Below are positions 30,132-39,924 of a DNA stretch of 64,000 nucleotides, piece by piece; positions within the stretch are counted from its first letter, which is position 1; each line of letters opens with the position of its first letter. The position numbers and the translations under genes are program-made. The notes under the pieces were generated by a model. That model saw only the letters and a list, made by a program, of their open reading frames with translations. It searched no databases and was not told the origin of the DNA. The DNA comes from an uncultured Bacteroidota bacterium (GTDB taxonomy: Bacteria; Bacteroidota; Ignavibacteria; UBA10030; UBA6906): contig CAVOYH010000003.1 of the NCBI GenBank assembly GCA_963700635.1, positions 256,001 to 320,000 on the forward strand. Reading direction: 5' to 3'.

Positions 30132-32015
30132 TCACACTGTCTGTTGCACTGCCATCGGACTTCTGCCGACACCCGCCCCTCCGGCGTAGTCGCTCAGGAG
30201 GCTTCTCAGGAACGCGGCAGATCCCGCGCGTGCCGCCATGTCCTTCCACTTCGAATGAAACAGTTGCCTGTTCCGGTCTAGAATGTCCCGCGAGGTTGCT
30301 TCGGAACGGAAGTATCGGATCGACCGGAGCGCCCGGATTGTTCCGCTCCACTCGTGCTCGTATCCCGTTGCGGGGACGACGTAACACCGCACTCCGGCAA
30401 GCCGGCATTGAAGGCCCAGATCCCACTCTTCGAAGTAGCACGGAGTGTACCGCGCATCAAACTGAAGTCCGCCCGGTCCGAACAGTTCCGTACGGACGCC
30501 GAACAGAAAGCCGGACACCGCATCGACACGCACCGGTGTTGCGCACGCTCCCTTTTCGAAGTACTGCACGTCCTTTGCCGTGGCAAAATCGAAAAAACCG
30601 CCCTGCGGCCCGACAACCGCAGCGTCCGGAAGATCCGCCAGTGCCTGCTCCAGGATTGTAAATGTTGAGGCCTCCACGTGAAGATCGGCATTCAGAATAA
30701 ATGTCACCGGACTCTGTGACATCGCGAGCCCGATGTTCCAGGCACGAGGAACCCCCACGTTGTGGCTCATGCCCGCCAGGTAGTCGACCCGCGGATGCTG
30801 GCGGAGCCGCTCCGTCATCTCCGGTGCGTTGCTGACCACAATAACGTCGCCTTCGATCTGCTTCAAGTCATCAAGGAGTGTCAGAATGTTGTACGGACTC
30901 GCCGGCGACATATCCAGAACCGGTATGACGAAACTTCTTTGTGCCGGGGTCGCCGGAAGAACGGCGGGCCGGGAAGTCCGGACAGATGGTGTCTCTCCTG
31001 CAACGGATTTCTCCCGCAGCACTTCGGCAGAATCCGTTGTCGTTTTCCCGCCGAGCGTTACCTGAAGAAGATCCTCCAGCCGGTGTGCATAGGTGTGAGC
31101 GCGATGGACAAGCCGTCGTCCCCGCGCAGCCATTGTTTCCCGTTCATTTTCATGCGACAGGTAATAGCCGACCACCTCCAGGATAGTGTCATCATCATAC
31201 ACTCCGATCTCCTCGCCGGCGTGGAACAACGTGTCCTGACCGCTATTCCGGGCCTCATCGGTGAGCAGAAACGCCCCGCTCGACATCACTTCAAACACCC
31301 GCATGTTCAAATCGTTTTTGACAGCGTTATTGAACACGATCTTGCTGCGCGAGAAAAAATCGGCCATGTCCGTCCAGAAACAGCGTTCGTACGTGACACG
31401 GAACTGCTGTTCGATACGATTGATCAGCGAAACACGGCGCTCCGTATTCAACGATCCCACGAAGCCGATGTCATGAGTCCGGCCCGGAGCAGTGTTGCGA
31501 TGAATCTCCGGATCGCAACCAAGGGGCAGCCAGTGGACATGGGGGTTCCCGGCATCCCGGAATGCCTGAAGATATTCGCGCTGTGCCACAAAGACGTGGT
31601 CAAACTGCCTGGCCCATTGGACATGCCAGTCCAGACTGAGATGGCTGTCGATCAGATAACAGGCCTTGGGAACGGGGACTGCCTCAAGATTACGCGGAAA
31701 GTGTCCGCTGATGGATTCGATCCAGAGGTAGAGATCAGGCATCATCGCTGCGGGCAACTTCCGGAACAACGAGGCCATATCCACCGTCTCCGCCGTGGGA
31801 ATATTCTGCTCCTTGATGGGGAGACGCATATTCTCAAGATGCCATGTCCGGATCAATTCCTGGTCCATCGTCGGACCCATCGTGACGACCTGATGACGTT
31901 CACGGAGCGCACGCTCGAAATAGGCTGCAGTGGTAACCGGGTACGATACATACGCCAGCATGACTTTCACACCGGACTGGATGCGGGAAGAGGGGTTCTG
32001 TTGTTGAGAGTTCAT
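30132..32015 (-). CDS. Bifunctional glycosyltransferase (CgeB/Glyco_trans_1_2 + GT2-like)
   Basis: WLPLGCDP...DIGFVG...DLNMRVFE...HTYAHR, then NVGVPRAWNIG...ILNAD...YFEEWDLG. Confidence 0.8.
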   Translation of the reverse strand: MNSQQQNPSSRIQSGVKVMLAYVSYPVTTAAYFERALRERHQVVTMGPTMDQELIRTWHLENMRLPIKEQNIPTAETVDMASLFRKLPAAMMPDLYLWIESISGHFPRNLEAVPVPKACYLIDSHLSLDWHVQWARQFDHVFVAQREYLQAFRDAGNPHVHWLPLGCDPEIHRNTAPGRTHDIGFVGSLNTERRVSLINRIEQQFRVTYERCFWTDMADFFSRSKIVFNNAVKNDLNMRVFEVMSSGAFLLTDEARNSGQDTLFHAGEEIGVYDDDTILEVVGYYLSHENERETMAARGRRLVHRAHTYAHRLEDLLQVTLGGKTTTDSAEVLREKSVAGETPSVRTSRPAVLPATPAQRSFVIPVLDMSPASPYNILTLLDDLKQIEGDVIVVSNAPEMTERLRQHPRVDYLAGMSHNVGVPRAWNIGLAMSQSPVTFILNADLHVEASTFTILEQALADLPDAAVVGPQGGFFDFATAKDVQYFEKGACATPVRVDAVSGFLFGVRTELFGPGGLQFDARYTPCYFEEWDLGLQCRLAGVRCYVVPATGYEHEWSGTIRALRSIRYFRSEATSRDILDRNRQLFHSKWKDMAARAGSAAFLRSLLSDYAGGAGVGRSPMAVQQTV

Positions 32016-34621
32016 GGTTCAACCGGTGTCCGTTCTGTTGGATGAAGAAGCGATTTCAGAGTTCGGGCGAATGTGCTCTGCCCGGCCCGTTCCAGATCCA
32101 GCGCCACATGAGAGAAAAAGCCCCGGCTGTGGACCCCGTGCCGGGTCAACACATCGATGACGCGCATCGCATCGTCCTGTTCTCCGGCGCATGCCAGCAC
32201 CGCGGCATAGGCGGCAAGGCTGAAGGGATAGTTACTTTCCCGGCACCGTGCTTGTTCCAGCACCGTGCGTGCAGCCGAGACGTTGCCGAGTTCAAGTGCA
32301 ACAAGCGCATACTTCACCGGGGCCTCACGGAGAGCCGGATCCAGTTCGATTGCCCGCTGCAACTTTTGCAGGGCTTCCTCACGCCGGTTCACTTCAGCGA
32401 GACTCACTCCCAGTCCGAGCATCGCCCGTGCATCAACGGGATCAGCCCGGAGAACATGCTCCCAGAGGGGAATCGCTTCGCTGTGATTTCCGAGTTCCTG
32501 CTCCTGTGCGGCAAGTTCCCGGACCGCCCGGAGGTCGGTAGCCCCCAGTGCAGCCACCTTTTTCCGCCCGATCGCAGTATACTGCACCGCTTTCTCACGA
32601 GTCCTTTCCTCGTTCAAGCGCCCGTAATGATGGATCGGTATCTGTGTGCGAAGGATCGGTATCTTTTTACGCTGCAGTGACGGCTCCACGACTTCGTGTA
32701 CGGGTTGGTCATACAGTATCTCCGGCTGACGGGGGAAGAACCGCACCTTGTCGCTTGGCACCCATCCCGACCCCGCCTCTTCTTCATAAACTCCATCATT
32801 CCGGCACCATCCCTGCAAACCCGCCTCATGAACATAGTTACGGGTCGTGAACAGTACTGCGGCCTGCGACCGGCGTGCCTCGTTCAGCACCTCCGCCAGA
32901 GGGGCGCGGTCGCGGGGTGCTAAACGTTCATCCGCATCCAGAGTAAGGACCCAGCCCCCAGTCGCACACCCTAATGCGGCGTTACGGGCTTCGGCGTAGT
33001 CGTTCTGCCATGAGTGGGAGAACACCCGCGCACCACATGCCTCCGCCACCATCGGCGTACGATCGGATGAGCCGGTGTCCACCACGATGATCTCATCCAC
33101 GACCGTTTCCATCCCTGCGAGACACGCCGCAAGCATGGACTCTTCGTTTTTTGTGATCATGCAGAGCGAAATGCCGGTGGTGGCAGCCGGGCCAATCGGT
33201 CCCACCCGGCCGCGTAATGTCAGGGCCAGCTCAAGTAATGGTTCTTCCGGTCCGTACCGACCGAGACACTCGACGGCAATCGTCAGGGCTTCCCGGGCGG
33301 CGCCGGCGGAGGTGAGACATTCCGCATGCAGGTAGGCCAGATGCTTGTGCACCGGGTAGAACCGTCGAACGTCGGCCACAGCGCGAGCACCTTCAGTGTA
33401 CATCTGTACATCGTATACTGCCTCGCGATAACTTCCCAGGACTTCCGGGATGGTCGGACTCAGAAGAAATCCGTGTTCGATGAGGCGGTATGCCTCCTCC
33501 TTTTCCCCTCTCGCCCACAACAGGGCGCCCAAATGAGCATAGGATTCCCCAGAAGATGGATCGTATTGGATGGCAAGGCGAAAGGCGTGGATCGCCTCCT
33601 CTATGCTGTTTTCGTCCGCGTGGATCATTCCCTGCAGGCGTACTGCCCGTGCGTTCCGAGGATCGATCTCCAGAGCCTTCTCGACACACTGCCGGGCCAG
33701 CGTCAGTTCACCCAGCCCGAACATCGCAAACCCGGTTATGTCCAGCCATTCACGATTACGTTTTACGGCATCCGGAGTGGTCAGCAGCAGGTCCGAGACA
33801 GCTCTGTACCGGCCTGAACGCAGGAGCGTCCATGCCCTTGCCGAATGGAGTTTCGGGCTCTCAGGGATATTGTTGATCGCTGTATCAAGACGTGTGACTG
33901 CTTCATCAAAGAGACTGTCTGCTTCAAGATGCGCGGCCTCGGCAACAGCCGCAAGGACTTCACGTTTTGTCAGCTCTACGGGATCCGAAGGATTGATGGG
34001 ACTCCGCCTCCAGTACGGGCGTGGCGTTCTCCGCTCCGATGGATCCTTGGGAGACAGGGCGATCACGGTATCGCCGGAAAGACAGATCTCATAACCGGCC
34101 AGCGCCAGGCGGTATCCATAATCAGAAAGGACTTCATCAACGGTCGAAAGAGATTCATCAAAAAGACCCACAGTCCCTGAAAGCTCCCTCCGAAGAAGGA
34201 AACACTCTCCGGGGATGGAGTGCACAGGGAAACATCTTCCGGTTGTCCACTCCATATACCGGGCCCGTGTTTTCCCGTCGGAGAATTCTGAATCCCCAAC
34301 GGACACCGGTCCCAGGATGCCGGTGAGCGGCTTCGTGTTCATCAGAACAAGAAGGTGATCCACGCCCCCTCCGGCGAGCCGACTCCCCTCCCGTACTGCG
34401 AACACGGCATTCCCCTGCGCCTGAAGCAACGCACGATTGAGAAGGCGTGCATAGGCCGGACCGTCGGGGATCGTGCGCGGAAGCGTCAGCATATCGGCAC
34501 ACCCGGGCCGGGTTCCGATTGCCGCCAGCGTTCGCACTTCTTCCGACAGCACCCCGGGGGCATTATCCCCCGCCAGATGTGATCGGCCGCAAGGCTGTGT
34601 ACTATGGTGCCCCCTGTTCAT
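32012..34621 (-). CDS. GT2 + TPR glycosyltransferase (flagellin GT type)
   Basis: Degenerate N-terminal GT2; TPRs; ISLCMITKNEE...DEIIVVDTGSSDRT...ARNAAL...LDADE; C-terminal TPRs. Confidence 0.85.
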   Translation of the reverse strand: MNRGHHSTQPCGRSHLAGDNAPGVLSEEVRTLAAIGTRPGCADMLTLPRTIPDGPAYARLLNRALLQAQGNAVFAVREGSRLAGGGVDHLLVLMNTKPLTGILGPVSVGDSEFSDGKTRARYMEWTTGRCFPVHSIPGECFLLRRELSGTVGLFDESLSTVDEVLSDYGYRLALAGYEICLSGDTVIALSPKDPSERRTPRPYWRRSPINPSDPVELTKREVLAAVAEAAHLEADSLFDEAVTRLDTAINNIPESPKLHSARAWTLLRSGRYRAVSDLLLTTPDAVKRNREWLDITGFAMFGLGELTLARQCVEKALEIDPRNARAVRLQGMIHADENSIEEAIHAFRLAIQYDPSSGESYAHLGALLWARGEKEEAYRLIEHGFLLSPTIPEVLGSYREAVYDVQMYTEGARAVADVRRFYPVHKHLAYLHAECLTSAGAAREALTIAVECLGRYGPEEPLLELALTLRGRVGPIGPAATTGISLCMITKNEESMLAACLAGMETVVDEIIVVDTGSSDRTPMVAEACGARVFSHSWQNDYAEARNAALGCATGGWVLTLDADERLAPRDRAPLAEVLNEARRSQAAVLFTTRNYVHEAGLQGWCRNDGVYEEEAGSGWVPSDKVRFFPRQPEILYDQPVHEVVEPSLQRKKIPILRTQIPIHHYGRLNEERTREKAVQYTAIGRKKVAALGATDLRAVRELAAQEQELGNHSEAIPLWEHVLRADPVDARAMLGLGVSLAEVNRREEALQKLQRAIELDPALREAPVKYALVALELGNVSAARTVLEQARCRESNYPFSLAAYAAVLACAGEQDDAMRVIDVLTRHGVHSRGFFSHVALDLERAGQSTFARTLKSLLHPTERTPVEP

Positions 34622-34628
34622 CGTTTCC

Positions 34629-35762
34629 TCATGGCCGGATGATGGAGAGTACGGGAAAACGCGTGTCTCCGATGAGCCGGATCACCATCGCCAGCGCCCA
34701 TGTGAGTAACATCGTTCCATGAACATCACTCACCGGCATGCCCACCGTAATGGGCACGCCGTGGTACACCGTCTGACTTTTTCCGATCCAGTATGAGAAA
34801 CCGCCATCCGGATTGTGGTGGAGTCGGATCATTTCCAGAAGTCCCTTGCAGTACTCGCTGATTTCCTCCCGCCGGTACCGGGTCTCCTGTACACACCGGT
34901 GCAACACGTACGCTGCATCAACGAGTTGACACCCTTCATGCCGGGGAAGCGAAGAGAGACAGGTGTCAATCAACCGTTCCGGTACATGGATCGGTTCCTG
35001 AAGCCAGTCGAGAGCGGTCAGAACTCTCATGGCGCCATTGATCATGTTGCCGTACGCGGGAACCGGCCCGGAAAAATATGCACCCGTGGACGTATCGAGA
35101 AGCTCGTGCAAGAACTGGCGTACGGCATCCAGAAGCGGTCCTTCGGCATCTACCGCAGCCGATCCATGGCCGGTCGCGAGCAACGTGACAAGGACTGATG
35201 CCTGACCGCCCGCACTCCAGGGACGGTGCCAGTCAAGACGGTCAAGGAAATTCAGAATTCCATCCGGCGTCACCGGCAGATCGGTATACCGGAAACGCGG
35301 CGAGGCTCCCACCTCTGCAAGTGCGGTGATCGCCTCTTTACTTTCATCCCGGATCACACACCGGATGTGCATCACGTGTTCGCTCGCGCTTGGCGCGAGT
35401 GATGTGCTCAACCGTAATGTGTCTACCAGAGGCAGATCGATAAATGCGCCGGCCTCCCACAGGCCATCCTCCGCGGCGTGTTCCCGTTGATACGAACGGA
35501 TGAGCGCAACATGGAGATTTTTCTCCTCCGCAGACATCGTTTCCCAGTGCCCCAGGATGACATAGAGTTTGATCGCGTGAGCCGTAAAACCCAGACTCAC
35601 CGTCGATCCGGCCGGTAAAACCCCTTCCCTCGCGGCGCGATATCGTGCGGGGGAGAGTGGATCCCGTATGGACGCAAGGAATGCCGGAAGGCCGCGCGTG
35701 GCATCATGAAGCCACTCTGCCATAGGCAGGCGGTCCAAGCGTCGAGCAGTGTTTTCGTTCAT
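34629..35762 (-). CDS. Hypothetical protein, possible alpha/alpha-toroid (prenyltransferase/cyclase-like) fold
   Basis: HNPDGGFSY and DTSTGAYF resemble QW-type repeats; ATG at 35762 in an ATGA overlap. Confidence 0.55.
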   Translation of the reverse strand: MNENTARRLDRLPMAEWLHDATRGLPAFLASIRDPLSPARYRAAREGVLPAGSTVSLGFTAHAIKLYVILGHWETMSAEEKNLHVALIRSYQREHAAEDGLWEAGAFIDLPLVDTLRLSTSLAPSASEHVMHIRCVIRDESKEAITALAEVGASPRFRYTDLPVTPDGILNFLDRLDWHRPWSAGGQASVLVTLLATGHGSAAVDAEGPLLDAVRQFLHELLDTSTGAYFSGPVPAYGNMINGAMRVLTALDWLQEPIHVPERLIDTCLSSLPRHEGCQLVDAAYVLHRCVQETRYRREEISEYCKGLLEMIRLHHNPDGGFSYWIGKSQTVYHGVPITVGMPVSDVHGTMLLTWALAMVIRLIGDTRFPVLSIIRP

Positions 35763-36022
35763 CCTGTGACCCATCCGTTTGAACCCGGTGTTTCCGGAAA
35801 GTCCACCCCGTCAAATTCCGTGGCGAATGCCCCGCAATATTCCGGCAGGGCGCCGTTGCGCCGGTACACAAGCAGTAATTCACCGGAGGCGCCTTCCGTG
35901 GGATGCGTGTCCGCTGCCTCCTTGTTGGGATTGTTGCGCAGCTCCCAAGGGGGGTCGGTGAGCAAAACAATCTGGATGTCGCACGGACGCTCCTGCACCC
36001 GCATTCCCATGCTAGCAACCAT
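35759..36022 (-). CDS. Small hypothetical protein
   Basis: Fills the operon gap and overlaps both neighbours; no recognisable motif. Confidence 0.4.
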   Translation of the reverse strand: MVASMGMRVQERPCDIQIVLLTDPPWELRNNPNKEAADTHPTEGASGELLLVYRRNGALPEYCGAFATEFDGVDFPETPGSNGWVTG

Positions 36023-36767
36023 CGGCGATCACGCCTCCTTCAGCCTTCAAGAATGCCGTCACGCGTTCAAGTTCAGTCACACGTTGTATATCCTTTTCCG
36101 GCGGGGGCGTAAGACTTACAGGATTCCTGAGTGAGAGAACTGCAAGGCCTCCCTGTAAATCTGGAAAAAGTTCGACAACAAATTTTCCGGGCCAGGCGGT
36201 CTGCCAGTGACGCAACGCATCCTGTTCCGGCTTCCCATTGGCATCACAGAGAAGAATGATGGCGCCCGGCGCCAGCCGTGGTTCGAGATGATACAGTGGC
36301 GCCTCACGGCCATACCGGAACGCCGGAGGCCCGCCAATCAAGACAAAATCAAAACGTGTATCCGGCACCAACTCCCGCATGTATGCAGGATGATACGTCG
36401 TGAACACGCGGCCGGCGTATTCGGTCACAGCCAGCGGCGCATGAAGCAGGCTAATGTCCGGATCCGGACCGATCGTCCTGCGGGTTTCGCCGATATAACG
36501 CCGGGAATGATCGATGGAAGTAAGGACCGGCCGGGTCGTGGTTCCGAGACGATGCTGAAGCCGCGAGAGGAAGAGTGTCGTGAGTCCGCTCCCGAACTCA
36601 AAAATGTGCCGGGGCTGTTTCCAGAGCACCAGCATCCCGACAAATTGTAAAGTTTCGACCGAGAGGGTCGAGCGACCTATCCCCTCAAGAATGTCCTCAT
36701 CCAGCGGAAATGTCGCTTTGTGGGCGTACAATTCTTGCATCATTCCGGCATTCGGACGCGCGGTCAT
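36012..36767 (-). CDS. Class I SAM methyltransferase-like protein (Methyltransf_24-like, degenerate)
   Basis: IFEFGSGLTT motif I; SIDH; FDFVLIGGPP; GAIILLCDA; AAGGAG RBS before ATG 36767. Confidence 0.7.
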   Translation of the reverse strand: MTARPNAGMMQELYAHKATFPLDEDILEGIGRSTLSVETLQFVGMLVLWKQPRHIFEFGSGLTTLFLSRLQHRLGTTTRPVLTSIDHSRRYIGETRRTIGPDPDISLLHAPLAVTEYAGRVFTTYHPAYMRELVPDTRFDFVLIGGPPAFRYGREAPLYHLEPRLAPGAIILLCDANGKPEQDALRHWQTAWPGKFVVELFPDLQGGLAVLSLRNPVSLTPPPEKDIQRVTELERVTAFLKAEGGVIADGC

Positions 36768-36832
36768 ATGTGGTTCACTCCTTCCGGTCTGAGGGAAACA
36801 TGGTCCGGAAATCCGGTTCCATCTCACGTTCA

Positions 36833-36848
36833 ATCAATTGGAGTGCCA
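36833..36848 (-). promoter_or_regulatory. Possible internal sigma54 promoter
   Basis: TGGCAC-TCCAA-TTGAT (-24 exact; -12 is GA instead of GC) in the ~280-bp intergenic gap. Confidence 0.45.
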
Positions 36849-37045
36849 AGCGAACGAGTCAGGGACTGCTAATTCTGTGACTTATTGTGGATTAGCAGGA
36901 GATGGGCCGGAGGAGTGGTGGCGAATAACAACCACCTGCCCGAAGATGGACGGAAGAGGGGAGCGTTTTTCAAAACACAGGAGCCTCTTCCCGGCCCATC
37001 CCACCGCAGGTCGGAAAGAGGCAATCATGTGTGAAGTGTGTTGTC

Positions 37046-38548
37046 TTACACGCCGAGACGCCGGAGCTGTTCCCGGGCTGTTGTGTTCCACGGTTCTACT
37101 GTTGTGGCTTTCTCGTAAAAATCGCGGGCATCGTCCGTGCGACCGAGGATTTCACAGATACGCCCGATGCCGAGCAATGTTTCCACATCGGTGGGGTTCT
37201 GCCTGAGAAGCTCCACGTAGATTTTCAGGGCCTCTTGTGTCCGACCCTGTGCCACAACATAATAGTCGGCGAGATTTTTTCTGAACATGGCATTCCGGGG
37301 ATCAAGCTGCACAGCCTGCTCGTACTGCGGCCCCGCATCAGAAATCAGGCCCAGCTGGTAGTAGACATAACCAAGATCATTACGTGCAGCAGCGTCGTCG
37401 GGGTTGTCCCGGACACACTGCTCGAGCTGGCGCGCAGCTTCCTCGGAACGCCCGGCAGCGATTGCCTCCCGCGCCCTGGCATACGTGCTCTCCTCCAGAT
37501 GTGATGATTCCACGAAGGTCTCATTCAGGCTAATTGTTTCGCGGAGTTCGCGCGCTTGCTGATTCCAGGGTTCAAAACTCTGAAGTGTATCAAGAAATAT
37601 CAGGCCATCATCCTTCCTGTCAAGATCATGACAGATCTGCGCGAGAGCAAGGAGAGTTTCTGCGTCACGTGGCTGGATTCGCAGGATGTGCACATACTGT
37701 TCCAGAGCCGATTCGGCGTCCTTCACCACAACATAGAGGTAGTCAGCAAGGTTCTTACGGAATAACAGAGTCTCGGGATCAAGGGTGACCGCTTTCTGGT
37801 AGTGCTCCAGTGAACGATCAACAGCCCCCGTGCGGCAATAGAGTACTCCCAGAGCGTTTTGTGCAGGAGCGTGATCGGGTGTGGCGGCAGCAAATTGTTC
37901 GAGTGCGACAATGGATTTCGCATCATCTCCCTGTGCAACTATTTCCTGAATTTCCTCGAACGTCTGCACGCGGGGCTGCTGCGGCGCCGGAGGGCCATTG
38001 GCCCTCTTGTACTGAAGGAGCCGGTCAATAGCCTCGTCCATTCCTGTCTCGCTACCGGTTGTGAACGTGCGCTGCGCATCCTGCATCATGTTGGCAAACG
38101 AATCGCCCTTTCCTTCTTCTCTGGCGGGTGGGGGAAGTGCTTCGAGGGATTTTCTGACTTCCGTATTCCAGGGCTGCACCGAGAGGAGCCGTGTGTAGTA
38201 TCCGCGTGCGTCTCCGAATCGGCTCAGTGACGCACTGAGGTTCCCCGCAATCTGGAGCACTTCGGTGTCATCTGCTCTTAACGCCAGAACCTGAGAGTAC
38301 GCTTGCAGAGCCTCTTGTGTCTGCCCGAGGCCAACATAGCAGAAATCGGCCAGCGCTTTCTGAATTGCGGGATCCTGCGGGGACTGCCGCGCCGCTTCGC
38401 GATAATGGGCATGCGCTTTTTCCTTGTCACCGCGTTGATACCACAGCGCACCCAGCTGTTCGTGAGAAAGTGATTGCACCTCACTCGTTGGGGGAGCCTC
38501 CTGGTTTAATGCGGCCAAACGCTCTCCCGATTGACGAAACATCGACAT
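37046..38548 (-). CDS. TPR-only protein with three repeated modules
   Basis: Three units of K(A/N)LAD(F/Y)..V.....AL..Y...L....D.E.L...(Q/E)PWN; GGAG RBS. Confidence 0.8.
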   Translation of the reverse strand: MSMFRQSGERLAALNQEAPPTSEVQSLSHEQLGALWYQRGDKEKAHAHYREAARQSPQDPAIQKALADFCYVGLGQTQEALQAYSQVLALRADDTEVLQIAGNLSASLSRFGDARGYYTRLLSVQPWNTEVRKSLEALPPPAREEGKGDSFANMMQDAQRTFTTGSETGMDEAIDRLLQYKRANGPPAPQQPRVQTFEEIQEIVAQGDDAKSIVALEQFAAATPDHAPAQNALGVLYCRTGAVDRSLEHYQKAVTLDPETLLFRKNLADYLYVVVKDAESALEQYVHILRIQPRDAETLLALAQICHDLDRKDDGLIFLDTLQSFEPWNQQARELRETISLNETFVESSHLEESTYARAREAIAAGRSEEAARQLEQCVRDNPDDAAARNDLGYVYYQLGLISDAGPQYEQAVQLDPRNAMFRKNLADYYVVAQGRTQEALKIYVELLRQNPTDVETLLGIGRICEILGRTDDARDFYEKATTVEPWNTTAREQLRRLGV

Positions 38549-38600
38549 GGTTTCTTCTCCTGCTTGGCGGGACCGTAGGATCTGCTAACGGGATGTCCGT

Positions 38601-38616
38601 TGCAATGGCCGTGCCA
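38601..38616 (-). promoter_or_regulatory. Sigma54 (-24/-12) promoter heading the glycosylation island
   Basis: Minus strand TGGCACGGCCATTGCA matches TGGCACG-N4-TTGCW exactly, ~50 nt upstream of ATG 38548. Confidence 0.85.
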
Positions 38617-38727
38617 CAACACCAGGACTCAAGTGTGTGGCTGCCATTAGCCAATTTGCCGGAAATGGGGGGAATATACAGTTTTTGTCCGGGGGGTGGT
38701 GAGGAATAGTCGCCACATGGAGAACAA

Positions 38728-39327
38728 TCAGGGAAGGTAAAGGTGCAGAAGCCAATACACTAACGGGATAATCACACCAAAACTCACGAGCCAGGCACCC
38801 CGGCCGCTGATGCCGGTCTTGCCTTTCAGGACAAACATCCCCGTTATCGTGACCAGGATCAGACTGACCGCATACAGATCAGCGATGTAGGTCCAGACTC
38901 TTTTGGGAGTATTCAGATGGAGCTGGTTAAACTCGAAAAGCACCCTGCGGGGACGGACCTCTTCGGCAATGACCTTGCCGGTGGGGATGTCGACCGAATA
39001 GGTGAGACGATCGTAGAAGAGCTGGAGAGTTTCGGGATCGGGCCGGAAAACGTTGCGTGGTTCATCGGCCAGGCCAAGCCGCGCCCTCACACTGTCCACA
39101 ACTCCATCGCGTGAGACCCCGTCCAGCGGCCCGATTTCCAGCCCCCGCTTCTCTATCGAATAGTTCGGGTTCCAATCGGCCGCATGATTGACGGCAATCC
39201 CCGAGACGCCGTACACCAGCGTAAGGGCAACAACAAGATATCCAATATCTCTGTGGAGGATATTGTTCCATTTCCTCCACTTGACTTTCCGCGGGCGGGG
39301 CGGGGGTGTTGCGGATGGCCCGGACAC
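38728..39327 (-). CDS. PepSY-associated TM helix protein
   Basis: LHRDIGY...YGVSGIAVNH and NQLHLN...DLYA...ITG motifs. Confidence 0.8.
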   Translation of the reverse strand: MSGPSATPPPRPRKVKWRKWNNILHRDIGYLVVALTLVYGVSGIAVNHAADWNPNYSIEKRGLEIGPLDGVSRDGVVDSVRARLGLADEPRNVFRPDPETLQLFYDRLTYSVDIPTGKVIAEEVRPRRVLFEFNQLHLNTPKRVWTYIADLYAVSLILVTITGMFVLKGKTGISGRGAWLVSFGVIIPLVYWLLHLYLP

Positions 39328-39791
39328 TACTTTATCACCGCACCTTCGCCCATAAGACGCACGACCGTTTTCGGGCCTTGTACCGTCGAAGGATCAAACG
39401 TGGTGCCTTGTTCCTCGGCCTGATGTTCGCCCTGTTTGATGAGCTCATCGACGGAATACGTCCTGACAGACACTACACCTTCGGCTATTGCATTCTTGCC
39501 TTTAGCCTCCATCGGAAACACAATCACTCCATCATCAACCTTGAACTGGATAGATTCGTATTCCCGATCGCTTGCCAGCTTGATCCAGCATCCGCGTTTC
39601 TTGCACACATCCACAACTGCGCCTTCGACCCTGACCTTCTTGCCGTCGTATTTCCCGGGATGAGCCAGGATCTCGGATATTTTTGTCGTTCCCTTGAGTG
39701 TCAGGGACTTACCATAATTTTTCGGACTTCCACCAAAGGCGAATACTGCAGAACAGCAGAGTGCCAGAACAAGTGTCAACACAGACTTCAT
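39327..39791 (-). CDS. DUF4920-like exported protein
   Basis: Signal peptide; VEGAVVDVCKKRGCW motif. Confidence 0.7.
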   Translation of the reverse strand: MKSVLTLVLALCCSAVFAFGGSPKNYGKSLTLKGTTKISEILAHPGKYDGKKVRVEGAVVDVCKKRGCWIKLASDREYESIQFKVDDGVIVFPMEAKGKNAIAEGVVSVRTYSVDELIKQGEHQAEEQGTTFDPSTVQGPKTVVRLMGEGAVIK

Positions 39792-39924
39792 GCTTCCCTC
39801 CGATTAGACTGATTGGTATGGGCAAAAATATACAAACTTCCCGCGTCCGAAGCCAGGAACATCGGGGGAACCGTGACCGGTGCGCGCGGCCTGCATACAG
39901 TCCGGCTGGTTTCCCTGAAACGGC

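Noticed and set aside
30762-32045. 427-aa plus-strand ORF and similar long antisense ORFs (40480-41430, 44823-45908, 47279-48085)
   Set aside because: Antisense shadows of well-supported genes, expected in GC-rich DNA
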